NCBI GenBank assembly: GCA_963716175.1
Contig: OY970296.1
Location: forward strand, 3,040,001-3,104,000
DNA length: 64,000 nucleotides
Origin: an uncultured Armatimonadetes bacterium
Lineage (GTDB): Bacteria; Armatimonadota; Hebobacteria; Hebobacterales; Hebobacteraceae
Direction: 5' to 3'
Under the pieces are notes generated by a model that saw only the letters and a list, made by a program, of their open reading frames with translations, was not told the origin of the DNA and made no database searches. Below are positions 28,892 to 38,600 of the stretch, piece after piece. The translations under genes and the position numbers were made by a program. How positions within the stretch are numbered: the first letter of the stretch is position 1; each line of letters starts with the position of its first letter.

Positions 28892-29863
28892 CTACAGCCG
28901 TTCCGCGGCCCGCAGCACCGCGGACCTGGCCCTCGGGTTCTCGCTTGCCTCCTCCGCGGAGGGCTTCACCGCTCGCTTGGTCAAGATCCGCACCTGCGGC
29001 TCCGGTGAAACACCCTCGGACGGGAACGGCGGGCACAAGCTGTGACCACTGGATCGGCGGAACGCCCCCTTGGTTTCCCCGCCTTCAAGACTCTGGTAGG
29101 TCAAGACCACGATTCTGCCGTGACGCCTGGTGCGATGGATGGCTGCGTTCAGGGCTGCGTGAAGCGCTCCGAGTTCATCGTTCACGGCGATTCTCAAGGC
29201 CATAAACGACTTCGTGGCTGCGTGAAGGCGTTTCGGTCGCGCCCGTGCTGGGATAGCTGCTGTGACGATGGCTGCAAGTTGTGCTGTCGTCGTGATCCGT
29301 TGCTGCTGTCGTGCGGTGGCGATTGCTTGTGCGATTTTTCGTGCCCGCCGTTCCCCTCCGTACTCCCAGAGAATGCGTGCTAGCTCTTCCTCTGGCAGTC
29401 GGTTCACCAGGTCGGCTGCGGTGGTGTGCTCCCTCGGATCCATTCTCATGTCCAGCGGCCCCTCCAACCGGAAGCTGAAGCCTCGTCTCGCGGTTGTCAG
29501 TTGCTCCATGGAGGCGCCGCAGTCAATCAGCACTCCATCCACCGCATCCACGCCGAGCTTGTCTAAGATCACCTCCAATCGCGCATAGTTATCATCTACT
29601 AACGTCACCCGGCCCCGGCCGGCTAGTCTGGCTTTCGCTCTCTCGATCGCCTCGGGATCCCGGTCAATCCCGATCAGCCATCCCGCCTTAGCTGAGGCCT
29701 CGGCGGGCAAGCCCCCGGGGGAGATGCAATCCAGAATCGCTCCTGCATGTCCGCCCGACCCTAGCGTTGCATCCACCACCGTCTGCCCTGGCGTACAGGC
29801 CAGGTATGCCAACACCTCCTTCACCATCACCGGCCGGTGTTCGCCCGGCGCCTGCTCCTGCAT
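28892..29863 (-). CDS. rsmH: 16S rRNA C1402 methyltransferase
   Basis: HRPVM, DATLGSGGHA, RGFSF.LEGPLDMRMD, ALRIAVNDEL, NPRARSA. Confidence 0.96.
   Translation of the reverse strand: MQEQAPGEHRPVMVKEVLAYLACTPGQTVVDATLGSGGHAGAILDCISPGGLPAEASAKAGWLIGIDRDPEAIERAKARLAGRGRVTLVDDNYARLEVILDKLGVDAVDGVLIDCGASMEQLTTARRGFSFRLEGPLDMRMDPREHTTAADLVNRLPEEELARILWEYGGERRARKIAQAIATARQQQRITTTAQLAAIVTAAIPARARPKRLHAATKSFMALRIAVNDELGALHAALNAAIHRTRRHGRIVVLTYQSLEGGETKGAFRRSSGHSLCPPFPSEGVSPEPQVRILTKRAVKPSAEEASENPRARSAVLRAAERL
29681..29710 (-). repeat. 30-nt palindromic insertion in rsmH (LPAEASAKAG)
   Basis: CCCGCC TTAGCTGAGGCCTC GGCGGG hairpin, in frame. Confidence 0.75.
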
Positions 29864-29873
29864 CCCTGCTCCG

Positions 29874-29939
29874 CCCCTCGACTGCGCTCGGGGTGGCCCT
29901 GATTCCCTTCCTCGGGGCGATCCTGAGCCTGTCGAAGGA
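29874..29939. repeat. Inverted pair of REP-like palindromes between mraZ and rsmH
   Basis: CCCCTCGACTGCGCTCGGGG and TCCTGAGCCTGTCGAAGGA (same motif class, opposite orientation). Confidence 0.65.
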
Positions 29940-29964
29940 CCGCCCCGCCCGGCCAGCCAGGTTG

Positions 29965-30396
29965 TCAGATGTCAAGATTGAGTTCCGCGGCCTCGGCCAT
30001 GATGCGCTCGGGCTGGAAATGCTCCGCCTGGTAGGCGAGCCAGCGGTCTTTAGCCCAGATCTCGATCCGGTTGATCGCCCCTCGCACCGTCACATCCCGG
30101 TGAATGCCGGCCTGCTCTCGCAGCGCCGCGGGCAGCATCAACCTGCCTTGCCGGTCCAGCCACACCTTGCTGCCGCCGCTGAAGAACTGCCTCACCCGGT
30201 CACCTTTCAGGTCGGTCAGGCGCACCTGGCTCAGCTTCTCCTCGAGCTTCAGCCACTGCTCCCAGGGGAAGAGAAAGAGACAGCCATACCAGCCGCGGGT
30301 GACGAAGCCGCCGTGCTCGAGGCTGTCTCGAAACGCTCGGGGAACTGCTACTCGCCCTCGGTCATCCAGTTGATGCTCGACCTCGCCCGTTAGCAT
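29965..30396 (-). CDS. mraZ: Transcriptional regulator MraZ
   Basis: LDDRGRVAVP and LDRQGRLMLP duplicated AbrB-like motifs; IEIW. Confidence 0.95.
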   Translation of the reverse strand: MLTGEVEHQLDDRGRVAVPRAFRDSLEHGGFVTRGWYGCLFLFPWEQWLKLEEKLSQVRLTDLKGDRVRQFFSGGSKVWLDRQGRLMLPAALREQAGIHRDVTVRGAINRIEIWAKDRWLAYQAEHFQPERIMAEAAELNLDI

Positions 30397-30477
30397 CGCC
30401 GGTGTCCGGTGTCCCTCGTTGCCCTGTCTCGCCTCACGGGGGGAACACTGCTCCCGGCCTCGCCCAAGACCGGGATT

Positions 30478-30553
30478 TCTCCCCCGCTCTCCCCCGGGCT
30501 AGGGAAGATGCTGCGTGATCTTACCACAATCTTCCACGAAGTCAAGTGCCCAC
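30478..30553 (-). promoter_or_regulatory. dcw promoter with putative MraZ boxes
   Basis: Minus strand TTGACT (30540-45)-16 nt-TAAGAT (30518-23); GTGG repeats at 10-nt period in the spacer and GGGGGAGA repeats downstream. Confidence 0.6.
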
Positions 30554-30805
30554 GCCCAGGAGCCCCAACTTTTTTGCGCTTGCATGGCGAACGAACAATC
30601 GCAAATACCCGTTTGCGACGAGGGGAAAGGATGATGCGAGGTGGCGCTTCCTAGGGAGAGAAGGATACGCGTCTGGGAAGACGCCTACCACACAGCCGTC
30701 ACATGGTTCGATCGAGCGGGGCAGCAAGACCACGTGCCGCCCGTGGGTCATCAGCCCAGCGGACGGCACGGGTATTGGACGACGCGCTCATTGCTCAGCA
30801 CCGGC

Positions 30806-31912
30806 TCACCTAGCGGCGCCCTGCGGTCCGGAAGGACCCCCTGCAGCTGGGCGTCCACTACCACCCGGCACGGGGAGGGTGACCGGGGCCAGGTACTCGG
30901 GTCTAACGGCCGGGGCCATAGCAAGGAAAGGCTCCCCGCGGCCGTTCTCGTCATAGGCCGTGCCTTGGAACCAGTAGATCGGCTGTACTGTGTCTAGACG
31001 CCACCCCGTCCCGCCCTCGAAGTAGCGCAGCTCGACACTCTCCACCTCCCCACGATACTGGTGATTAGCGCTGTGCGGGCCGGCGATCCTGCCCTCGTCC
31101 GACTGGGCCACGGCCAAGGCCTCTTCCGGCGACAGCAGCGGATACCGGCCGACAAGAGCAAGTTCGCGCATGCATCGGTTCACTGAATAGATCTCCCCGC
31201 GGCCATTGACCATAACAGTGAATTCGCCGTCGGAGATCCCGTCCAGGAAGCGACTGTAGACAACCTTTCGGCTGAGCAATACTGGTCGCTGGGTACTCTC
31301 TCCGGGAAAGGTATAGCCTCTGGATTCTCCTGCGCGCACCTCGACCAGCCGGCACCCATCTGGCAGTAAAGCGGTCTTGGCGAGGAAACTCTCGGCGGCC
31401 GCGGTGGTCTCCTCCTCGGGGACGGCGCCTACCACCGATTCCACGGAAGCCTCCGGCTGCGGCGATCTATCCAACCAGAAGGCGTAGAAGTTGCCATCCG
31501 ATTGGTAAGAGAGATTGAACCCCTCAGGGCCGCCGATATTGTACTCATTCGGGTCCTGCATCGTCTCAGGGGCCTCAGGGTAGTCTTTCGGATTCAGGGA
31601 CACTCCAAGCCGCGCAGCCAGGGCGCAGGCCGCAGTCTTCGTCGCCGGTTCACGCACGACTCCGTAGGCCGCCGCCCTATCCGGCAGGTACATCCTCGCC
31701 GCTTCGACTACTCCGGCCCCCCAGGCCAGCCCCATACTGGAGCCCTGTCCGCCGTGCTGCGGGAGACGGATCCTCTCGAGACGCGGCAGCGAGCGCTTTT
31801 CCGTCGCAGAGGGATGGACTGCCTTAGGGGACAACCCAAATGCCGCGGCCAGCGCCGCAGCACACAGCACAAGAACGATGAGCCCATACTTTGAGAACAG
31901 TCCGTTCTTCAT
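30806..31912 (-). CDS. Exported hypothetical protein (partner of DUF6345-like gene)
   Basis: N-terminal hydrophobic segment; YPLLSPEEAL...VELRY...QPIYWFQG pattern; AGGAGG RBS. Confidence 0.75.
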   Translation of the reverse strand: MKNGLFSKYGLIVLVLCAAALAAAFGLSPKAVHPSATEKRSLPRLERIRLPQHGGQGSSMGLAWGAGVVEAARMYLPDRAAAYGVVREPATKTAACALAARLGVSLNPKDYPEAPETMQDPNEYNIGGPEGFNLSYQSDGNFYAFWLDRSPQPEASVESVVGAVPEEETTAAAESFLAKTALLPDGCRLVEVRAGESRGYTFPGESTQRPVLLSRKVVYSRFLDGISDGEFTVMVNGRGEIYSVNRCMRELALVGRYPLLSPEEALAVAQSDEGRIAGPHSANHQYRGEVESVELRYFEGGTGWRLDTVQPIYWFQGTAYDENGRGEPFLAMAPAVRPEYLAPVTLPVPGGSGRPAAGGPSGPQGAAR

Positions 31913-31946
31913 GGCGCGCCTCCTGGGCATCCGGCATCAGCGGCGG

Positions 31947-32891
31947 TCACTTAGGGTAGTCCCACCAAGTGAAAGCGTTTAGGTTGTCATCGCATGCGTG
32001 ACAACACGGCGGCTTCACCCCGAAACCATAATGCTTCCAGTTCCCTGGGAGATAATCCGTGAAGCATCCCTGCCAGAGGTGAACCCTGCCGATAACCCCA
32101 ACCCCGCTCGGCTGCCATTTCTCGATGGTCGCGCCCCACGCGTAGTAGATAGGAAGCGGACGCAACTTGGCGCTATAATCGCCCATGAGGTAATACTCGA
32201 ACCATTGGCCGGCCAGAGTGTCATATGGGTCGCCGTCCCAAGCGTGGCTTGCAAAGCTCAGCATGAGATGGTTGCCGTTGTGCATGTGCTTGATCTTGTT
32301 GAGGATGTCCGGATCGGTTGCGTTCCTATGCCACTCACAGGTGACCACTACCGCAACCTTGTTGCGGTTCAGCCCCCACCGGATTTCATTGTGGTTTATG
32401 TTGCCGCAATCCCGGTTATAGTGATGACAACCGGCCCAGTATGGGTCATTGCATATGCAAGTCGCGTCTCTGTCGTGCTGCGAGATCATATGCAGGCAGG
32501 CACCACCGTCACGGTCACCCTCAGGGTACTCTCCTGGGCCGCCCGCGCCAGGGTACTCGCAGACCCACGCGTGGCCTGTCCACACGAAAAGATCTACCGT
32601 GTCACCCCAATTGCACCCGTACTTGTCCAAGTCGTACGAAGTTGCGGCCGCGTTGTCAATCGGGAATGGCGGGATCTCTTGCCATCCGTGAGCCGCGAGG
32701 CGCGTGCGAAAGGCGTTGCGGAAGTTGCTCCAGTGCAGATTCCACAGAGTGCAGCCGCTGCCCTCGTAGGCATCCAGTGCCATGGTGCCCATGTCTCCGG
32801 TCGCGGCGGCTGCTGTGGACACACGCAGGACAGGCATCAGCGCAGCGAGTGCGAGGCAGAACAACAGCGGCGCGTACCTCATCGGCGTCAC
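31947..32891 (-). CDS. Secreted Cys-rich DUF6345-like protein
   Basis: Signal peptide; DTVDLFVWTGHA...IRWG...VVTCE...NGNHLMLSF pattern. Confidence 0.7.
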   Translation of the reverse strand: MTPMRYAPLLFCLALAALMPVLRVSTAAAATGDMGTMALDAYEGSGCTLWNLHWSNFRNAFRTRLAAHGWQEIPPFPIDNAAATSYDLDKYGCNWGDTVDLFVWTGHAWVCEYPGAGGPGEYPEGDRDGGACLHMISQHDRDATCICNDPYWAGCHHYNRDCGNINHNEIRWGLNRNKVAVVVTCEWHRNATDPDILNKIKHMHNGNHLMLSFASHAWDGDPYDTLAGQWFEYYLMGDYSAKLRPLPIYYAWGATIEKWQPSGVGVIGRVHLWQGCFTDYLPGNWKHYGFGVKPPCCHACDDNLNAFTWWDYPK

Positions 32892-33188
32892 CTCCGCTTA
32901 AGCAGATTCCTGCACGGACTGTGACTCAGCGAGGTCGCACGTTAGAAGGCTTAAGATGCCTGAATCATGGCTCACCGCGGACGAATGTCAAGGGTTTCTT
33001 GTGCCTCTCTTGGACATTCAGGTTCGTCAGCCCCGCCTGTCGGCTGGGCTCTCACACACTATGCTGCTGCAAAGGTCCCAACCGGCGTGGACTGCGTAGC
33101 AGGGACCCCGAGACGCTCCGACTCATGCTGAAGGCGTTTGCAGCCGTACCAGGCGCAACGCCCGGAGGTGAGTTCTTCGCCTCCTCGC

Positions 33189-35543
33189 TCACAAGGGCAG
33201 CTTGAACGCCCGCGCGACGTAGACCGCCATCTGGTCCCGGGTTACCGCAATCTCGGGGTGGTAGAGGCCATCGGGATAGCCCGCGACAATGCCCGCTGCC
33301 TTGCTGTACTCGATGTACCTATAGGCCCAGAAACCTCTGCCCACATCGGGGAAGCTCGGCGTGCTCGGCGGCACATAGCTCTGCAGTCCGTCATCGCCCG
33401 TTGGGTCCACCACCGACCTGGCGACAAACGCGGCCATCTGACCTCGGTCCACGGGGAGCTCGGGCCGATAGTGGCGATCGTCGTATCCCCGCACGATGCT
33501 CTCGCTCGTGCAGTACTCCACGTACCTATAGGCCCACGCGCCCTTCGGCACATCGTAGAAGGTGGGCTGCTGCGGCCCTTCCGGCACGCCCTCCTCTCCA
33601 CCTGCCAGCGCGCGGGCGATGTAAGTCGCCATCTGATCGCGAGTCACCACCACCTCGGGGCGGTACGTCCCATCCTGGTAGCCGGCCACGATCTTCGCGT
33701 CTACCGCAGCCTGCACCTCATCCTTGGCCCAGAAGTACCACGGGACATCCGGGAACGGCCCCGGGCGGTACGTGAAAACCAGTATCCGGCCCGCCTGCGC
33801 ATCCAACACCCGCACGTGCCCATTCTCATCTATATGAACTGACGATGCCTGCAAGATCAGCGATTCCGTCTCGCTCCCGGCGCCTGGCCATAGGCCGATC
33901 TCGCCGAGATACTCGCCAGAGGCCGAGAACTTGGCGATGCGCTCCTCACCTGCCAGGTAGAAGCTCCCACCAAGATCCCGCGCTACCAAGCCGACGTACC
34001 TATACGAATGTTGCGGCGTCTGCCATGAATCCAGCAGCTTCCAGTCGGCATCGAACACGCCCGCCCATGCGACGCCGACGTCGGGCAGCGAAAAGCCGTA
34101 GAGGCCTACCAGGAACGTCCCGCCTGGCTCCTGGGTGACGGCCGCGCTGGTGCAGCAGGGCGCCTCCCCGGCCACCACGGGCCCGGGAATGGTGACCGAG
34201 GTTGCCTGCTCAGGACCACATATCTGAATCGGCCCCTGCCACTGCACAGAGTCTGTCCCTGGCATCTTTGCCCAGAGACTGTCTTCAGATCGCATGCACA
34301 CCCAGGAGTAGGTGGTTCCGTCCGCGGCCACCGCGTTCTGCTGCTCTGGCAGCAGCTCGACCGTGCCGGTCACGCCATTGTAGAACGGATAGCTCGCGGT
34401 CTCGGTGACGTCTACCAGCTCGCCTGTGGTGTCGAAGTGGGCGACATAACTCGGTCCCGGAGGCTCCAGGTTGAACTGCGCCCGAACGTAGGTCTGTCCG
34501 TCCGGCGTGAACGCCGCCGAGCGCGGCGACATCAGCGCGGCCCGGCGCTCCATGTCCTCTGCGTCCCCGAGCGCGAGCAGCGGGTTGCCATCCCAATCGT
34601 GCTCCTCGATCCCGAGCACTTGTCTGCAGGAGTGCGTGTATCCATCGTAGCTGGGAGTGAGCACCGTACCCTCGGGCGTCAGTGAGAAATCCAAGGCGTA
34701 GCTGTGCACCGGCGCAGCCGGCTTCAGAACCTGGCCCAGCGCGTTGTAGCACACGACGCCAAAGCTAGGTGCGAAGTCACCGAGCGGACGCAAGAGGTAC
34801 ACGTTCCCCGCGCTGTCCGTCTCCAGCGCGTACGCGCTGGGTTCCTCCCAGCCGCCGGCTTTCGAGCCATCCGGGTTGTAGTAGACTACCTGGGATACCT
34901 GCGATGGCTCCCAGGTCTGGAGCAGCGCCCACACCCCTGACGGTACCCCCGGCGCGATATGGCTGCATGTGACCTCCTCCGGGAGCGGCCACTGCTGCAG
35001 CAGCGCGCCATCGGCCGAGAGGTGGACCAGTCGCTGAGGGTAGACGCCGTCGAGCACATACAAGGACGAATCCGGCGAAACGGCCAGCGCCACCGGCGTG
35101 CTGGTCGGGCCCAGTGCCGGCCTGAGATCTAACCCGCTGACGAACTCCCCCACCGAAGTGTACCGCTGCACCGTCGCGTAGTCACGATCCAGCAGGTACA
35201 GCAAGCCTGCCGGTGCCAGCGCCATGTCCCATACCTGCGAGACCGGTTCCGGTGCGTCCGGGAGCGGGCCGCCCAGACCTCTCGCCGGAGACGAGAAAGG
35301 CCAGAACCCCTGCCAATCACCCTCCCGCGAGAAGACGTTGACCTGCAGGCCGCCAACATAGATACGGGAGGCGTCCGCTCTTACCGGGGGCACGAAACAC
35401 CCAGCACTGCTGACTCTGAGCGCCTGGATCGGCGGCTGCCCATAGGCGTAGTCGAACGCGGGGATGTCTTCGCCCCACGCCGCCGCGCAGGCCAGCGTGC
35501 TCAGGAACGCCAGCGCCAGCACCCTGAGACGACCGGCTCGCAT
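33189..35543 (-). CDS. Surface protein: NHL-like beta-propeller plus three C-terminal SLH domains
   Basis: Signal peptide; FPDVP..FWA...GIVAGYPDG.Y.PE..VTRDQMA x3. Confidence 0.9.
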   Translation of the reverse strand: MRAGRLRVLALAFLSTLACAAAWGEDIPAFDYAYGQPPIQALRVSSAGCFVPPVRADASRIYVGGLQVNVFSREGDWQGFWPFSSPARGLGGPLPDAPEPVSQVWDMALAPAGLLYLLDRDYATVQRYTSVGEFVSGLDLRPALGPTSTPVALAVSPDSSLYVLDGVYPQRLVHLSADGALLQQWPLPEEVTCSHIAPGVPSGVWALLQTWEPSQVSQVVYYNPDGSKAGGWEEPSAYALETDSAGNVYLLRPLGDFAPSFGVVCYNALGQVLKPAAPVHSYALDFSLTPEGTVLTPSYDGYTHSCRQVLGIEEHDWDGNPLLALGDAEDMERRAALMSPRSAAFTPDGQTYVRAQFNLEPPGPSYVAHFDTTGELVDVTETASYPFYNGVTGTVELLPEQQNAVAADGTTYSWVCMRSEDSLWAKMPGTDSVQWQGPIQICGPEQATSVTIPGPVVAGEAPCCTSAAVTQEPGGTFLVGLYGFSLPDVGVAWAGVFDADWKLLDSWQTPQHSYRYVGLVARDLGGSFYLAGEERIAKFSASGEYLGEIGLWPGAGSETESLILQASSVHIDENGHVRVLDAQAGRILVFTYRPGPFPDVPWYFWAKDEVQAAVDAKIVAGYQDGTYRPEVVVTRDQMATYIARALAGGEEGVPEGPQQPTFYDVPKGAWAYRYVEYCTSESIVRGYDDRHYRPELPVDRGQMAAFVARSVVDPTGDDGLQSYVPPSTPSFPDVGRGFWAYRYIEYSKAAGIVAGYPDGLYHPEIAVTRDQMAVYVARAFKLPL

Positions 35544-35667
35544 CACGTTCCCGCCCCTCTCGGCAGGGCCAGTCACTGATGGGACTGGGTAGTGGATGTG
35601 TCCAATCTACCCGCGCCGGGCGCCGCGCAAACCCCACGTCAGTGCCCGGGTAGCTTGAGGCTGCCCC

Positions 35668-38600
35668 TCACGGCCTGAACCCCTGAAACCGTTCCCCCAG
35701 AATCACTGTTCCATATCGGCCCTTCTTCTGCAGCACCCCATCCACGATCAGGGCGGAATGGGAGAAGATCACCTTTCCCCATTGCTGGTAGACGCGCTCG
35801 AACACCGTCACCTCCAGCAGCCCGGCCTCGTCCTCCATGGTGATGAAGACCACGGTGTGCCCGCTCTTGATCGGCGGCCGCTGCCGGGCGATCACGATCC
35901 CCGCCACTCGCACCCGCTTCCCATCCGGCAGCGCGTCGAGTTGATTCCGGGACACTACCCCCAGCGCGCGCAGCTTCTCCCGTGCGAAATAGAGTGGATG
36001 CCTCCTCACGCTCACGCCCATCATCGCCAGCTCGGAGGCCACCTCCTCCCGCTCGGTCAGAGGAGCGAGATCGGGCATCGTGCTGTGGTTGTCATTCTGA
36101 GCGGCTTGCCCTGCGTAGCCTTGGCGAAGCAGGGAGCGAAGAATCTCGCCGTTCTCTCTGGGGCAGGGGGCCCCTAAGCCCGCCTTCGGCGGGCCGGGGT
36201 GGCGGTCTGCCATGGCAGACCTAGCCACAGGCTCCTGCCCAACAGACTCATCTCCGCGCTGGCCCTCATGGTAGGGCAGGTCCGCGACCTGCCCCATCAC
36301 CAGCGCCAGCTGCCCGTTCACCTGCTGAGCGCGGTCGCGGCGGCGAGCGCCGGTGTTGCAGATCTCGTTCAGCTCCCACAGCAGCCTGCGCCGCGATCCG
36401 CCCATGGCATCGAACGCTCCGGCGCGAATCAGGTTCTCTACCATCGGGCGCGGCAGCCCGGTGCGCGCGCAAAATCCTCGCAATGAAAGAAAAGGCCCAT
36501 CCGCCTCCCGTGCCGCCAGCATCGCTTTCAACCCGGCCCCACTCAGCCCCATCACCTGGGCCAGCCCCACCCGGATCGCCCCCTGCTCCACCCAATAGCG
36601 ATCCCGGCTCTTATTCACGTCCACCGGCCGCACCTCGATCCCGCAGTGCTTCGCTTCCTGTAGGATCACCTCCGGGGGATAGAAGCCCATCGGCTGATTC
36701 GAGAGAATCGCCGCCAGGAACTCGGCGGGATAATGCGCCTTCAGATACGCGGTTTGATAGGCGAGGATGGCGAACGAGGCGGCGTGCGCCTTACAGAAGC
36801 CATAGGCCGCGAATGCGGAGAGCTGGCGAAAGGCCTCCTGCGCCACCGAGTCCTCGACCCCGCGCCGCCGGCATCCCTCCAGGAAAGTCCCGCGGATGCT
36901 CTCCATCTCCTCCGCCGCGCGATCGTGCGTCATCGCCCGCCGCAGCGAATCCGACTGCCCCAATGTGAACCCGGCCAGCGCGCTCGCCACCTCCAGCACC
37001 TGCTCCTGATAGAGAATCACTCCATAAGTGTCTTCCAGCGCCGGCTTCACCGCGGGGTGAATGTAGCTGACCGGTTCCTCCCCATGCCGCCGCGCCAGGA
37101 AGGGTCTGATCATATCGGCCTGCATGGGCCCGGGGCGGAACAGCGACACCTGAGCGATGATGTCATCGAAGCGGGTGGGCTGAAGCTTGGAGAGCAACCC
37201 CCTCATGCCCGGGCTCTCCAATTGGAAAACGCCCACCGTGCGCGCGGAGCGAATCAGTTGAAACGTCTTCTCATCCTCCAGGGGAAGGTGCTCCAGGTCC
37301 AGCTCGATGCCCCGCGTCTCCCGGATCGTGTGGATCGCTTCCTCGATCGCGGCGAGGTTGCGCAGCCCCAGCAGGTCCATCTTCACCAGGCCCAGGGCCT
37401 CGATATCATCTTTATCGAACTGGCAAACAACCACTCCTTTGCTCGACACCTCCAGGGGGGTGGCATCGGTGATGGGATGGCGGGATATCACCACCCCGCC
37501 CAGGTGCACGCTGAGGTGGCGCGGGAAACCGTCAATCGCCTCGCAGATATCCAGCAGCTCCTTCAGCGCCTCCGCGTCGAAGCCTGACCCCCGCAGCTCC
37601 GGCACCGTGGCGATGGCCTGGCGAATGTGGCTCGCCGGGATGTAAGGCAGGGCTTTGCTGATGCGATCAGTCAGCTCCTCCGGCAGCTCGATCGCCTTCC
37701 CCACCTCTCGGATCGCCGAGCGCGGCATTATAGGTGTTGATGGTGGCCACCATCCCGGTGTGATCCACCCCATAGCGCCGGGCCACATACTCCAGCATCT
37801 CATCCCGGCGGCGGGAGTCGAAGTCAATGTCAATATCCGGCATACCCCGCCGCTCCGGGTTGAGGAACCGCTCGAACAGCAGCCGCGCCGCGATCGGATC
37901 TACCTCGGTGATCCCCAGCACATAGCTCACCAGCGAATCCGCCGCCGATCCCCGGCCCGAGCAGCGGATCCCCCGCGCCCGCGCTTCCTCTACGATGTCC
38001 CACACCACCAGAAAGTACTCGCACAGCCCCAGCTCGCGGATGATCCTCAGCTCGTGCCGTAAGCGAGATGCCACCTGCGTTGGGCAGGAGCTTGTGGCTA
38101 GGTCTGCCATGGCAGACCGCCACCCCGGCCCGCCGAAGGCGGGCTTAGGGGCCTCCTGCCCGTCATTGTCGTTCTGTAGGGCGGGCATGTCTCCGCATGC
38201 CCGCCGCTTCCCCCGTGGGAGCCCCGTCCTCGGGGCGACTCCGTATCTCCTCCTCGCACCCTGCCAACACAACCACTCCAACAACCTCTCGGCGCTTTCC
38301 CCCTCCACCTCCTCATCAGGTTTGGGGGACCAGTCAGGGAGGGCAGGTTGCCGCCACACGGCCGGCGGCCAAGGCGGACCTGCCCTACGATCCGTCCGGT
38401 GTTTCGGGACTTCAGTCCCGAAACCACCCCCATCGCGCATCCGAAAATGCGGGAAATGCAGCTCCCCCAACCCCAGGTCTACCTCGCACCTCTCGGCGAT
38501 GCGAATCGTGTTGCACAGCGCCTCCGGGTGATGGGCGAAGGCCCGCGCCATCTCCTCCGCCGACTTCAGATAGCGCTCCGCCCCCAGCCGCCGGATGGGA

